Assembly (NCBI GenBank): GCA_964489795.1
Contig: CAZBAP010000001.1
Location: 199,818 to 263,817, forward strand
Source of the DNA: an uncultured Flavipsychrobacter sp.
Lineage (GTDB): Bacteria; Bacteroidota; Bacteroidia; Chitinophagales; Chitinophagaceae
Reading direction: 5' to 3'
DNA: 64,000 nucleotides
Of this stretch, positions 39,639 to 49,907 are shown in pieces (the first letter of the stretch is position 1; every line of letters starts with the position of its first letter). The notes under the pieces were generated by a model. It had not been told where the DNA came from, searched no databases, and was given only the letters and a program-made list of their open reading frames with translations. The position numbers and the translations under genes are program-made.

Positions 39639-40399
39639 ACCGGAATTTCAAAAGGGTTAACAACGGGTAGTTTTAATATCTCATTCTTTGCTATTTTCCT
39701 GTCAGTCACACTAACTACCGAAATGATCTGGCCGTCCCTGAATGCAATATTGGTACGGGCAAAATGTGCAATGTCTGGTTCGTGCGTGACCATAACTATT
39801 GTAATCCCCCTGTCGTTCAGCTCCTGGAATATATCCATGATCTCATAGCTTGTACGGGTGTCAAGGTTACCAGTGGGCTCATCGGCCATAATTACCAATG
39901 GATCGTTTACGAGGGAGCGGGCTATAGCTACCCGTTGCTGCTGGCCACCTGATAGCTGGCCGGGCATGTAGCCCGCCCTGTCTGCAAGTCCCACAGATTC
40001 AAGAGCTTTCATTGCTTTCTGCCTACCCTCCCGGGAGGTTACATTACTGTTATAAAGCAACGGCAGTTCAACGTTCTCTAAAGCTGACGTTCGGGTGAGT
40101 ATATTGAACGACTGGAAAATAAAGCCGATCTTCTTATTTCTTAATTCTGCAAGTTGGTTTTTACTGAGTTTCAATACGTCGGTTCCATCCAAGAGATAGG
40201 TCCCTTTGTAAGGGGCATCAAGACAACCTAAAATGTTCATAAAAGTAGACTTGCCGGAGCCGCTGGGTCCCATTATAGCAATAAAAGCACCCTTTTCGAT
40301 GTCAAGCGTTACATTTTTTAACGCATAAAATTCATTACCACCCACTTTGTAGGCTTTCGAGAGATTTTTAACTGATATTAGCGGTTGGCTCGACGACAT
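39635..40399 (-). CDS. MacB/LolD-like ABC ATPase
   Basis: [25 protein letters not shown]. Confidence 0.93.
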   Translation of the reverse strand: MSSSQPLISVKNLSKAYKVGGNEFYALKNVTLDIEKGAFIAIMGPSGSGKSTFMNILGCLDAPYKGTYLLDGTDVLKLSKNQLAELRNKKIGFIFQSFNILTRTSALENVELPLLYNSNVTSREGRQKAMKALESVGLADRAGYMPGQLSGGQQQRVAIARSLVNDPLVIMADEPTGNLDTRTSYEIMDIFQELNDRGITIVMVTHEPDIAHFARTNIAFRDGQIISVVSVTDRKIAKNEILKLPVVNPFEIPV

Positions 40400-41610
40400 T
40401 ATCTCATTCCTCTGCGCGACGGCATTTTTGGCATAAATGGATTGTTGGCGGTGGTGGCAGCAGCGGAGGCCGTATTTAAAGCCGTGACTATTTCGTCACC
40501 TATTTTAATATCTCCCGATATTTCAATGAAAGTACCGTCGAATAAACCAACGGTTACCGCCCTGGGGACCAAGTCCGCGCCTTTTTTAAGCCATAGGTAA
40601 CATGTTTTTCCGGGCCTTGGCATTTCATTGCCCGGCACCCGGGCAGATAGAATTTTATCAATCGTTGAGTCCGGCAAATTCAGGGAATGCATGTAATCAG
40701 CTGCGGGCATGAAATGTATTGCATTAGTCTGCACTTTCATTACCCGTTGATGGTCGTGAATTTTGATCACAATATTGGCTGTAAGACCGGGCAACAATTT
40801 CATATCCTGGTTCGAAACATTGATTACAACCACGTAGTTATTCACATTTTGTACCATTATCGGCAGCAGGCGTATCTGCTCAACTGTACCCCTGAATGTC
40901 TCATATGGATAGGCATCTACCGTAAATGTTGTCTCCTGGCCAACCTTGACCTGGCCAATGTCGGCCTCATCAACGTTAGCCAACACCTGCATCTGGGTAA
41001 GATCATTGGCTATTGTAAACAATGTGGGGGCATTAAAACTGGATATAACAGTTTGGCCCACATCTACATTTCGCGAGATCACAACACCATTGATAGGAGC
41101 TTTTATAGTTGCATACCTGAGGTTTGTTTTTGCATGGTCAAATGCGGCGATCGCACCCTGCAGATCTGCTTCAGCCGTTTTATACGTGCTGTAAGCCAGA
41201 TCATAATCTGCCTGGGCAGCAACCTTTTCCTTGAACAATGTATCTGTTCGTACAAACTGTTTTTTAGCGAGCTCTACCTGCACTTTGGCTTTTTGCACCG
41301 AAGCAGCCGCATCGCGTGTTGCAGAGAAGAGGAGCGTTGTGTCCAATATAGCTATAACTTGCCCTCTCGTTACCACTGAATTGAAATCCGCAAACAATTT
41401 TGAAACTATACCGGAAACCTGGGCACCCACCTGTACCGTAGTGACCGCATTAAGAGACCCGGTAGCCGTCACGCTGACCGATACACTACCGGTATCAACC
41501 AAAGTAGTTTTCCATGATGGGCTTTTGTTCGCATTCCGTGAAATAGCGATCCATATTGCGATGCCCGCAACAACGACAAATACCGAAATAATCGTTACTA
41601 TCTTCTTCAT
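40399..41610 (-). CDS. MacA-like periplasmic adaptor
   Basis: VQVGAQVSG, IKAPINGVVI, VDEADIG. Confidence 0.9.
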   Translation of the reverse strand: MKKIVTIISVFVVVAGIAIWIAISRNANKSPSWKTTLVDTGSVSVSVTATGSLNAVTTVQVGAQVSGIVSKLFADFNSVVTRGQVIAILDTTLLFSATRDAAASVQKAKVQVELAKKQFVRTDTLFKEKVAAQADYDLAYSTYKTAEADLQGAIAAFDHAKTNLRYATIKAPINGVVISRNVDVGQTVISSFNAPTLFTIANDLTQMQVLANVDEADIGQVKVGQETTFTVDAYPYETFRGTVEQIRLLPIMVQNVNNYVVVINVSNQDMKLLPGLTANIVIKIHDHQRVMKVQTNAIHFMPAADYMHSLNLPDSTIDKILSARVPGNEMPRPGKTCYLWLKKGADLVPRAVTVGLFDGTFIEISGDIKIGDEIVTALNTASAAATTANNPFMPKMPSRRGMR

Positions 41611-41611
41611 T

Positions 41612-43042
41612 TTAGTAGGTTATTCTTCCGTTCTGATAGAAATCTAAAATTTTAGTTTTGTACAAGAATTGGTATTTTGCCTGCAGGTGACCCAGTTTCG
41701 CTTTATTGTACATGCTTTTTTCCACAAAGAAATCCGTAGTGCTTATCGCTCCTGCTTTAAATTTTACTGTTATGTTCCGGAAAGAGCGTTCCTCGGCCAC
41801 TAGCTGTTCTTTGGTGGCCGCGTAGTTTTTGCTTGCAGCCATCTGTTCGGCATACGCGATCTCAATATTCTTTCTTACCTGGTTTTTAATAAGATCTTCA
41901 TTGAGTGCTGCTACGCGAACGGCAACTGCGGATCTTCTTATTTCACTTTTGTACAGCAAATTGTTATAAAGCGGTATGGACAGATTGAGGCTAATCCCTC
42001 CGAAAAAATTATCCCGCATCTGCCGGAGAAAAGGATAGTTCGATGAGCTTGTAATCGTTTTAGATACCGGCCCATCTACTAATTGGGTCGGGTCGCCTTC
42101 TAAATATCCTATATGATCAGTATAGGATGTTGTTTTGTAGGAATTCAGGTAGTTAGCATTTGAATAGTTGGTACCTACGCTTCCTGACAACGTCAACTTC
42201 GGCCACACACCCGCCTTTGAAACTTTCAACATGGCTGTTGCAGCTTTTGTTTTTAAAGCAGCACCTTTTATCTCCGGTAGAAAGCCCTCAGCGACGTGAT
42301 ATATATCGTCCGGCCCAACATCCACATCTGGTAGCAGCCCATCTGTTTCAGTGAACTCAATATCAAAATCCATGGTAACCGGAAGCTCTATTAGCTGCAT
42401 CAATATTACTCTCGCAATCCGTAGTTGGTTTTCGGCATCAACCTTTGCCGCCCGATCAGTTGCAAGTTGTGATCTCATCTGCAACAGGTTGTTCTCCGGT
42501 AATACTCCTGCCTTCACATATCGTTCGGTATAATTCAGGTGTTCAATTGTAGCATCAATCTGCGATTGTGCAATTTGCACCGCCTCATAGTCCAGCATCA
42601 CCTGCAGGTAGGCGGCAACGACACTCAACGTGAGATCGTTTTTCATTTTCTCAATATCAAGATTGCCCGCTTCATAGTATAGCTTATCCCCCTTGATCAG
42701 GTTAGCGTATTTTTGGCCATTGAATAGCGTTATATCGCTGTTTATTAGAAGATTATTGGAAGATATGTTTCGATTAGTGAATTGGTTACTGACGGGGTCA
42801 TGATACCTGCCGAAGTTCACTGCCTGCGCATCAGTAAGATTGAGATTGGGTAACCTGTTGGCTTTTGCCTGCTCATAGTTCGTTCTGTTTATTTCATTAT
42901 TAGCTAACGACTGATTGAGGGAAATGTTCAGGCGCAAGGCCCGGTCAACACAATTGCTCAGCGACCATGCTGTTCCCTGGGCAAGTAACGCACTGTGCCC
43001 AAATATAACTAATATGATAGTGATCAGTCCTTTGTATTGCAT
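41612..43042 (-). CDS. TolC-family outer membrane protein
   Basis: Signal peptide, two OEP-like repeats (LPNLNL, WPKLTL), first gene of the efflux operon. Confidence 0.88.
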   Translation of the reverse strand: MQYKGLITIILVIFGHSALLAQGTAWSLSNCVDRALRLNISLNQSLANNEINRTNYEQAKANRLPNLNLTDAQAVNFGRYHDPVSNQFTNRNISSNNLLINSDITLFNGQKYANLIKGDKLYYEAGNLDIEKMKNDLTLSVVAAYLQVMLDYEAVQIAQSQIDATIEHLNYTERYVKAGVLPENNLLQMRSQLATDRAAKVDAENQLRIARVILMQLIELPVTMDFDIEFTETDGLLPDVDVGPDDIYHVAEGFLPEIKGAALKTKAATAMLKVSKAGVWPKLTLSGSVGTNYSNANYLNSYKTTSYTDHIGYLEGDPTQLVDGPVSKTITSSSNYPFLRQMRDNFFGGISLNLSIPLYNNLLYKSEIRRSAVAVRVAALNEDLIKNQVRKNIEIAYAEQMAASKNYAATKEQLVAEERSFRNITVKFKAGAISTTDFFVEKSMYNKAKLGHLQAKYQFLYKTKILDFYQNGRITY

Positions 43043-43145
43043 TTTATCCTGTCTGACATCTTATGCTTGTATCGGCATCATTATAAACTAACTGCCGGAG
43101 CGGAATCAATAAGCGTTCGCACCTGTACCTATCATGATGTTGATG

Positions 43146-43285
43146 CAAACATACCGGAAGGGCGATGTCGGAAAAATGATTCAAATCATTGCAAGGGCTG
43201 ACTTTAATAAAGGCCGACGCTGACCAACCTCATATTACTTAATGACGGCCATCATTGACGGGACACCCCACCCATAGTAAGTTTG
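43146..43285. promoter_or_regulatory. Divergent tolC/hsp20 promoters with four phased boxes
   Basis: Boxes at 43177, 43199, 43221, 43243; TATGTTTG 43153-43146 (-) and TAAGTTTG 43278 (+). Confidence 0.85.
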
Positions 43286-43325
43286 TCGTATAATTTTTAA
43301 CTCAAAAAAACAAAGGAGGTTTATT

Positions 43326-43772
43326 ATGTCTATTAACACATTATCAACAAGAAAGCCATTCTCAGGCCTGACATCAACATTCAACGACTTTTTCGAACCA
43401 TGGTCTGAGTGGTTCCAGGACGGGGTAATGGGAAAGCAACTGTCTCTGCCCAAATGCAATATTACAGAAGACAAAAGCAGTTATGGTCTCGAGCTCGCCG
43501 CACCGGGGCTTCATAAAGGCGACTTCAAAATTAGCGTTGACGGCAACATTCTTACAGTCAGCTCCCAGAAGGAAGAGAATAAAGAAGAGAAGAAGGATCA
43601 GTACACCCGCCGGGAGTATAACTATTCTTCATTCTCCCGCTCTTTCACGCTGCCGGAGGAAGTAGAGCAGGACAAAATTGAGGCAACTTATGATGGTGGC
43701 ATCTTAAAGCTGACGTTGCCAAAAAATACCCAGGCAGGAAAAGCAGATCGCAAAACGATCTCCGTCAAATAA
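43326..43772 (+). CDS. Hsp20/alpha-crystallin small heat-shock protein
   Basis: LAAPGL, RREYNYSSFSRSFTLP, ATYDGGILKLTLPK. Confidence 0.95.
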   Translation: MSINTLSTRKPFSGLTSTFNDFFEPWSEWFQDGVMGKQLSLPKCNITEDKSSYGLELAAPGLHKGDFKISVDGNILTVSSQKEENKEEKKDQYTRREYNYSSFSRSFTLPEEVEQDKIEATYDGGILKLTLPKNTQAGKADRKTISVK

Positions 43773-43788
43773 GTTATTGCCTTCGCAT

Positions 43789-43826
43789 AGAAAATCCCGG
43801 CCTTTAGGGGCTGGGATTTTCTTTTT
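43789..43826 (+). terminator. Intrinsic terminator, possibly bidirectional
   Basis: agaaaatcccggcc-tttagg-ggctgggattttct followed by a T-run, between convergent genes. Confidence 0.75.
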
Positions 43827-43860
43827 GGTCGGATGGCCAGTAGATAGTAACAGCAACAAC

Positions 43861-44823
43861 CTAAAATCCATAAGCAATTTCTACGCCTCCCCAGGGATGG
43901 GTGAGGCCGCCAGAATATTCTCTGCTTAAGTAGGTTCTGAAAAATTCGAGGTAAACCCGGTTAATAACAAATACAATTCCAAAACGGTTTTGAAATGTCA
44001 CCCGGCAAATATCCCGGGACGTGATGCGATAGGGCGTATCCTTATTAAACATTCCTCCTTGCAACGTCGCGTCATACCCAACGACATTCACTTTCGGATG
44101 ATCATAAAAATAAAAATGCAGATTTTTTAATGTAATAACATTGCTAAAAGGGGAACTGAATTTTCCGGTCATGACAGTCAGGCCAACACCGGCCTTATCG
44201 CTAAGCGTACCGATCCTGGCCTCGGCATTTACAGACAAGGAAAAGTATTTTAATGGCAATATCTGCCGCTCATAACCAACCTGGTAATTCAATATAAAAT
44301 CGTTTTGAACCTGATGCCTCCACCCCATCGGTGCAGAATTATGAGGCAGTATCCGGTGGACCTCAGTTTGCATTTCCTCTGCACCGGTGACCGGCCCTAT
44401 TAAACCCACACTCAAGGCTGCAGAAAATCTTTGCTTTTTAGCAGTATCCAATGCAATAAGGAACATATTAACAAAGGCAGTTGACGCGTAGGGCCTGTCT
44501 CCTTTCTGAACTTCTGCATTATCAATGTTATTAGGAGTATAAATATCATCCTCCAGGCTTATGCCGTATTTCACATAAGGGTACGATGGGGCTAATAAAA
44601 GCCTGCTGGTCGGCAATTTCCCGACCCAGGGTGCAACCAGTTCCATTATCATACCCTGCGTATAATATTTATCATTAGCCGCGAAATAATCATTCTCATA
44701 ATTGAAGCGGATATACCTGTCACTGCTGATATGCTTTAAGGACAGCGTATTATCGATCGCCTGTCCATTAGCCATTGTGGCTGTTAAAATAAGCAGCAGC
44801 GCAAATACCATTCTTAGTACCAT
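43861..44823 (-). CDS. Lipid A deacylase LpxR / DUF2219 family
   Basis: YENDY...D.YYTQG, IYTP, DRPYA, GW..Q, C-terminal aromatic residue. Confidence 0.85.
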   Translation of the reverse strand: MVLRMVFALLLILTATMANGQAIDNTLSLKHISSDRYIRFNYENDYFAANDKYYTQGMIMELVAPWVGKLPTSRLLLAPSYPYVKYGISLEDDIYTPNNIDNAEVQKGDRPYASTAFVNMFLIALDTAKKQRFSAALSVGLIGPVTGAEEMQTEVHRILPHNSAPMGWRHQVQNDFILNYQVGYERQILPLKYFSLSVNAEARIGTLSDKAGVGLTVMTGKFSSPFSNVITLKNLHFYFYDHPKVNVVGYDATLQGGMFNKDTPYRITSRDICRVTFQNRFGIVFVINRVYLEFFRTYLSREYSGGLTHPWGGVEIAYGF

Positions 44824-44858
44824 AACAATTGAGGTAATTAGTAAAGGAAAAGGAAGAA

Positions 44859-45095
44859 CTACAAAATACTTGAATATTGAATACCTGCATGAGAGCAGGA
44901 TACGAAACTATATTCCCATCCGCCAAATGCTGCACAACGGCCATCAGCCAGTGTGGCTATTAGTGGCACAATGCGTGTTTTGTTCATTGCCGGGCCGGCT
45001 GTGACTGTGCGGCCGGCCCGCGCCATCAAACTTACTGGCAGTGACAATGTTGCCGCCAATACAAATGTTCTTGTCAGGCAAAGGTATATGTTCAT
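44859..45095 (-). CDS. Small hypothetical ORF with signal-peptide-like start (possibly degenerate)
   Basis: ATG 45095 after an A-rich leader, downstream of a box-type promoter. Confidence 0.35.
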   Translation of the reverse strand: MNIYLCLTRTFVLAATLSLPVSLMARAGRTVTAGPAMNKTRIVPLIATLADGRCAAFGGWEYSFVSCSHAGIQYSSIL

Positions 45096-45116
45096 AAAAA
45101 TCTGTTCTTGCTGCTG

Positions 45117-45260
45117 CAAATTTGCTGCAGCGTTTTGCTGGAATTAATGACCTCAGTTAGCAGACGACCTGATTATTGTCAAGGTGGGTGTTTAATGACT
45201 AATATCATGACTGATACTGACGAGAGTAATAAACCCAAGTTGGTTTAATTGACATATTTG
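45117..45260. promoter_or_regulatory. Divergent promoters with two box pairs
   Basis: Boxes 45148+45170 and 45196+45218; CAAATTTG 45124-45117 (-) and CATATTTG 45253 (+). Confidence 0.75.
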
Positions 45261-45281
45261 CATTTAAACTTTCAGAATATC

Positions 45282-47672
45282 ATGAGCCGATATATAGTCT
45301 TTTTTAACGAAATCTCTCTACAGGATATACAGTCAGTGGGCGGTAAAAACGCATCGCTTGGCGAAATGTATAATAATCTTTCTGAAAAAGGCATCCGGGT
45401 GCCATATGGCTTCGCGATAACTGCTGACGCTTTTCGTTACTTCTTATCTGATAACAATCTAGAGTCCCCACTTGCTGAGTTGATGGCCACCCTTGACAAA
45501 GTTCAATTCAGCAATCTCAGAGAAGTAGGAGAAAAGGCCCGCGCATTGATGATGGAAGTAAGTATGCCGGAGGATTTGGGTAGCGCAATAATAAGTGCAT
45601 ATTGGGAATTGTGTGAAACAGTGCCCGCCCCGGTAGCCGTTCGCAGTAGCGCCACTGCGGAAGACTTACCGCAAGCCAGCTTCGCAGGACAGCATGAATC
45701 GTATCTTAATGTTGTAGGCGACGAAGACCTGTTAATGGCAGTGCAAAAGTGTTTTACATCACTGTATACAGACAGGGCGATCAAATACCGGATTGACAAT
45801 CAATTTGAACATAATAAAGTATTTCTATCGGTTGGTGTTCAGAAAATGGCACGTGCCGATAACGGTTGCTCTGGCGTGGCATTTACAATAGAGCCTGAAT
45901 CCGGTTTTCGGGATGTTATTCATCTGGCGGGGGTATGGGGGCTCGGCGAAAATATTGTGCAGGGAACTGTAAGTCCGGATGAATTCCTGGTCTTCAAACC
46001 ATCGCTGCGGATGAACAAAAAGGCAATTATCCAGAAGAGTATTGGAGAGAAAACAAAAATGATGATCTATGGAACGGATGAAGGCACCAAAGCAACTACC
46101 GTGAACATAGATACGCCACTTGAACTTCGAAATAAACCCGTTTTGTCCGATGCTGAAATCCATCAACTGTCAAAATGGGCGCTTAGTATCGAGGAGCATT
46201 ATAAGATGCCTATGGATATTGAGTGGGCTAAAGACGGCATAAATGGCGACATTTTCATTATACAGGCGCGACCGGAAACCGTACATGGCATTGCTAAGCC
46301 ACTGGCAATCACAACATATAAACTTAAAGGTAAAACAACCGTAATTGCTGCCGGACAGGCAATCGGTTCAAAGATCGCGTCCGGAAGGGCCAGGATATTG
46401 ACCTCCCCTAAAGATGCTTTCAAGGTACAGGACGGCGATATAATTGTAACTGAGCTAACGAGCCCTGATTGGGATCCGATACTAACAAAGGCTGCGGCAA
46501 TTGTTACCGACAAAGGGGGAAGGACAAGCCATGCGTCCATTGTGGCCCGGGAGATCGGTATTCCTGCGGTGATAGGCACGGGAAATGCAACACAAACAAT
46601 AAAGGACGGATCGTTAATTACCGTATCATGCGCCGAAGGAAAAACCGGGTACGTATATGAGGGAAAACTAACGTGGGAAGAGCAAAACTTTAATGCCCGT
46701 AATATAAAAATGCCCCAACGAACAAAAGCTATGCTGATAGCGGGAGACCCAGCCAAGGCGTTTAAGATGTCTTTCTATCCTAATAACGGAGTAGGTCTGC
46801 TGCGAATCGAATTCATCATTAATCACACCATTGGAATACACCCGATGGCGCTTGTGAAATTTAATGAACTGACTGACACGGAGGTTGTGCAAAAGATCGA
46901 TCGCATTACACAAGGATATACGGATAAAAAAGATTTTTTTGTTGAGAAGCTCGCGCAGGGTGTTGCGACAATTGCCGCAGCCTTTTATCCGAAAGAGGTA
47001 ATCGTCAGGATGAGTGACTTTAAAACAAATGAATATGCCAATTTGCTGGGTGGCAAAGACTTTGAACCAGCCGAAGAGAACCCGATGATCGGTTTCAGGG
47101 GAGCATCCAGGTACTACAACCCTCTTTATAAAGAGGGCTTTAAGCTGGAATGCGAGGCAATGAAAGTGGTAAGAAATGATATGGGCCTTACCAACGTAAA
47201 GCTTATGATACCCTTTTGTCGTACCGTGGAGGAAGGCGCGCAGGTGATCAATGTTATGAAAGAATTCGGATTGACCCAGGGAGAAAACAGCCTTGAAATA
47301 TATGTTATGGCTGAAATACCCAGTAATGTTATCCAGGCAGAAGAGTTCGGCGCGATATTCGATGGCTTTTCAATAGGCTCCAATGATCTTACCCAATTGA
47401 CGCTGGGCATAGACCGTGATTCAGCACTGGTTGCCAACCTTTTTAACGAGAGGAACAGGGCTGCACAGGAAATGATAGCTACCGTAATTACTAAGGCAAA
47501 AAAAATCAACAAAAAAATAGGCCTATGTGGCCAGGCACCCAGTGACTACCCCGAATTCGCCGAATTTCTTGTTGCCCGGGGTATTGACAGCATTTCGTTT
47601 AACCTTGACGCCCTTTTAAAAGGAATTGAAAATATTAATAAAGCAGAAAACGATCAACCACAAATAAAATAA
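45282..47672 (+). CDS. ppsA: Phosphoenolpyruvate synthase
   Basis: VGGKNASLGEM, VRSSATAEDL, GGRTSHA phospho-His, FSIGSNDLTQ. Likely start ATG 45282. Confidence 0.96.
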   Translation: MSRYIVFFNEISLQDIQSVGGKNASLGEMYNNLSEKGIRVPYGFAITADAFRYFLSDNNLESPLAELMATLDKVQFSNLREVGEKARALMMEVSMPEDLGSAIISAYWELCETVPAPVAVRSSATAEDLPQASFAGQHESYLNVVGDEDLLMAVQKCFTSLYTDRAIKYRIDNQFEHNKVFLSVGVQKMARADNGCSGVAFTIEPESGFRDVIHLAGVWGLGENIVQGTVSPDEFLVFKPSLRMNKKAIIQKSIGEKTKMMIYGTDEGTKATTVNIDTPLELRNKPVLSDAEIHQLSKWALSIEEHYKMPMDIEWAKDGINGDIFIIQARPETVHGIAKPLAITTYKLKGKTTVIAAGQAIGSKIASGRARILTSPKDAFKVQDGDIIVTELTSPDWDPILTKAAAIVTDKGGRTSHASIVAREIGIPAVIGTGNATQTIKDGSLITVSCAEGKTGYVYEGKLTWEEQNFNARNIKMPQRTKAMLIAGDPAKAFKMSFYPNNGVGLLRIEFIINHTIGIHPMALVKFNELTDTEVVQKIDRITQGYTDKKDFFVEKLAQGVATIAAAFYPKEVIVRMSDFKTNEYANLLGGKDFEPAEENPMIGFRGASRYYNPLYKEGFKLECEAMKVVRNDMGLTNVKLMIPFCRTVEEGAQVINVMKEFGLTQGENSLEIYVMAEIPSNVIQAEEFGAIFDGFSIGSNDLTQLTLGIDRDSALVANLFNERNRAAQEMIATVITKAKKINKKIGLCGQAPSDYPEFAEFLVARGIDSISFNLDALLKGIENINKAENDQPQIK

Positions 47673-47674
47673 GT

Positions 47675-47809
47675 ATGAACAAGATGATAAAAACCTGGTT
47701 TACGATAACCATGGCCGCCTCTGCAGGTGCAGCGCTGGGCCTGCTCCTGTCCCCAAAAAAGAAGATCAAAGAGAAAAAAACCGCAAAGCCTGCCGAACAA
47801 AAAACATAA
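47675..47809 (+). CDS. 44-aa YtxH-like small membrane protein
   Basis: MNKMIKTWFTITMAASAGAALGLLLSPKKKIKEKK..., starting 2 nt after the ppsA stop. Confidence 0.55.
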   Translation: MNKMIKTWFTITMAASAGAALGLLLSPKKKIKEKKTAKPAEQKT

Positions 47810-47860
47810 ACCCGGTATAGGTTTTACTATCACGGTATATTATAGCGCGACGTGATTAGA

Positions 47861-48889
47861 TTAAAACTCGGATACCCGGATCACTGCGGCGCCATTTAAA
47901 CTACCGGCCCTAACGGCATCGATCGCCTTATTTGCTTCCTTCAGCGCAAAAAAAGTTACATGTGGGATTAACGCCACAGACTTAGCCAGTTTTATATACT
48001 CAACTGCATCCTGCCTGGTAAGGTTAGCTACGGACCTGATGGTTCTTTCGCCCCAGAGGGTTTCATACCTGAAAGATGGGATATCACTCATGTGGATCCC
48101 TCCACAAACCACAACCCCGCCTTTATCAATATTCTCTAATGCCTTTGGAACAAGGCTTCCGTCAGGAGCAAAGATAATCGCAGCATCAAGGATTTCAGGC
48201 GCCATATCCGATGAGTCACCTGCCCAAACTGCACCCATTTGCAATGCAAACAATTGTGTTTTGTCATCCCCATCCCGTGTAAAAGCAAATACCTTCTTAC
48301 CGCTTTGCACAGCGATCTGTGTTAAAATGTGAGCGGCTGCGCCAAAACCGTAAATACCCAGGCGTGTAACATTTTCACCTATAAATTTGTACGACCGGTA
48401 CCCTATAAGGCCAGCGCATAGAAGAGGCGCTTTTGAAGCATCCCATGACGCGTCCGGAAGTAAAAAACAATAACGTTCTTCGGCTGCGGTATACTCGGCA
48501 AAACCACCGTCCTTAGTATAGCCTGTAAAAAGAGCGTTTTCACAAAGATTCTCTTTGCTTTTTTTGCAATACCTGCACTCTCCGCAGGTATAGGCCAGCC
48601 AGGGGATGCCCACCAGGTCTCCTATTTGCAGCCCGGTAACTCCTTCTCCTTTTTTTACTACTTCTCCTATTATCTCATGCCCGGGAATGATGGGGAGTTT
48701 CGGATGCTTTAAGTCTCCGTCTATAACATGCAGGTCAGTCCGGCATACACCGCATGCTTTGACTTTGACGAGCACCTCGGTGTCTCCATACTCCGGCAAT
48801 GGAATTCTTTTGCAGGTGAGCGGTTGTCCCTGTGCTTCAAGCACCATTGCAACCATTGTATCGGGCAGGGATGTTATCGTGCTTGTCAT
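47861..48889 (-). CDS. Zinc-dependent alcohol dehydrogenase (AdhP-like)
   Basis: CGVCRTDLH, PGHE, CGECRYC..C, LCAGLIGYR. Confidence 0.93.
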   Translation of the reverse strand: MTSTITSLPDTMVAMVLEAQGQPLTCKRIPLPEYGDTEVLVKVKACGVCRTDLHVIDGDLKHPKLPIIPGHEIIGEVVKKGEGVTGLQIGDLVGIPWLAYTCGECRYCKKSKENLCENALFTGYTKDGGFAEYTAAEERYCFLLPDASWDASKAPLLCAGLIGYRSYKFIGENVTRLGIYGFGAAAHILTQIAVQSGKKVFAFTRDGDDKTQLFALQMGAVWAGDSSDMAPEILDAAIIFAPDGSLVPKALENIDKGGVVVCGGIHMSDIPSFRYETLWGERTIRSVANLTRQDAVEYIKLAKSVALIPHVTFFALKEANKAIDAVRAGSLNGAAVIRVSEF

Positions 48890-49012
48890 TGTTTGGTCTG
48901 TTTTAAGTTATCCATCTCTATATAAAGATAGCCTGCTTGTTGACACCAACTCTCAGGACGGAAAAGTACAAGGTCGGAAGTGTGGATGATCGGTTTTTTT
49001 TACATAACAAAA

Positions 49013-49166
49013 CAAACATACGCTTGCAGCCTTGCATGAAAAATGATGGAGGGCATTAACGACGATGATCGTGATCACCTGGCTATTTGCACTAATGAAA
49101 TCGATTACAATCACCCTGTTGGATGACGCAGGTCATAAATGGCATCCTGTTACTGACTTATCTTCA
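49013..49166. promoter_or_regulatory. Divergent promoters with two box pairs
   Basis: Boxes 49044+49066 and 49102+49124; TATGTTTG 49020-49013 (-) and degenerate TATCTTCA 49159 (+). Confidence 0.7.
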
Positions 49167-49283
49167 TCCTCGATAAAGCAAAGGCTACGGCACTGCCGGC
49201 TCAATAATTGGACTGCTGTAGTAACATGAAAAAATGCCCTGAACGCTCCGGGCCTATATTTATTAACATTAAAAACTCAAGCA

Positions 49284-49712
49284 ATGACAACAAAAATTAA
49301 CTACGGCATCTATATCGACCGTAAGCACGCATTTGTAATAGCATTGAACCATTTACAGCATGAACAATTTATTTCGGAGATCGAACTTGAAAACCCTGGT
49401 GGTATCGCAAGAACAACCCATGTGACCCGGCAGGAAAACGTTCAAAACAGGGCAGCGGAAAATCTGTCTAAGCTGTGTAAATCTGTTATTGCTCTTTTGA
49501 AGGACGCTAACAGCATATTCATATTTGGCCCGTCCCGTTCAAAATATACGCTACGAAACACAATACACGAAACCGCACGCCTGAAAAGTGTTATCGCTCA
49601 GGTTGTAGCGGCTGATGTTATGGATAGTAATGCCGCTGTCAAATTTACGAAAGATCATTTCTCTACGATTACGGCAGGACACCAGGTATTCACAGCATCA
49701 AAAATACAATAG
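49284..49712 (+). CDS. Hypothetical protein, eRF1-domain-2/host-attachment-like fold
   Basis: GIYIDRKHAFVI ... LKDANSIFIFGPSRSK pattern. Confidence 0.55.
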   Translation: MTTKINYGIYIDRKHAFVIALNHLQHEQFISEIELENPGGIARTTHVTRQENVQNRAAENLSKLCKSVIALLKDANSIFIFGPSRSKYTLRNTIHETARLKSVIAQVVAADVMDSNAAVKFTKDHFSTITAGHQVFTASKIQ

Positions 49713-49718
49713 TCACGA

Positions 49719-49892
49719 TTATTTTGTGGGCGGCTCTTTTTTAACCGGCACTTCTTTCGGTGTATGTACAGGTTCAGGGTCATTCAACGGCAAAATTTCC
49801 GGTTTTATGTCCGGGTTGGTTTTGTCAGGCGCAGGAGATATTTCCGGTGTTGTTGAGGGCGCTATTTCCGGAGTCTTAGATATGTTTTTCAT
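49719..49892 (-). CDS. 57-aa Pro-rich small protein
   Basis: MKNISKTPEIAPSTTPEISP...; ATG 49892 downstream of a box-type promoter. Confidence 0.55.
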   Translation of the reverse strand: MKNISKTPEIAPSTTPEISPAPDKTNPDIKPEILPLNDPEPVHTPKEVPVKKEPPTK

Positions 49893-49907
49893 AGTCCTTT
49901 TTAGTTG

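Noticed and set aside
48886..49005. ATG-TAA followed by a 37-codon open stretch upstream of adh
   Set aside because: Could be a dead microgene, but there is no supporting motif.
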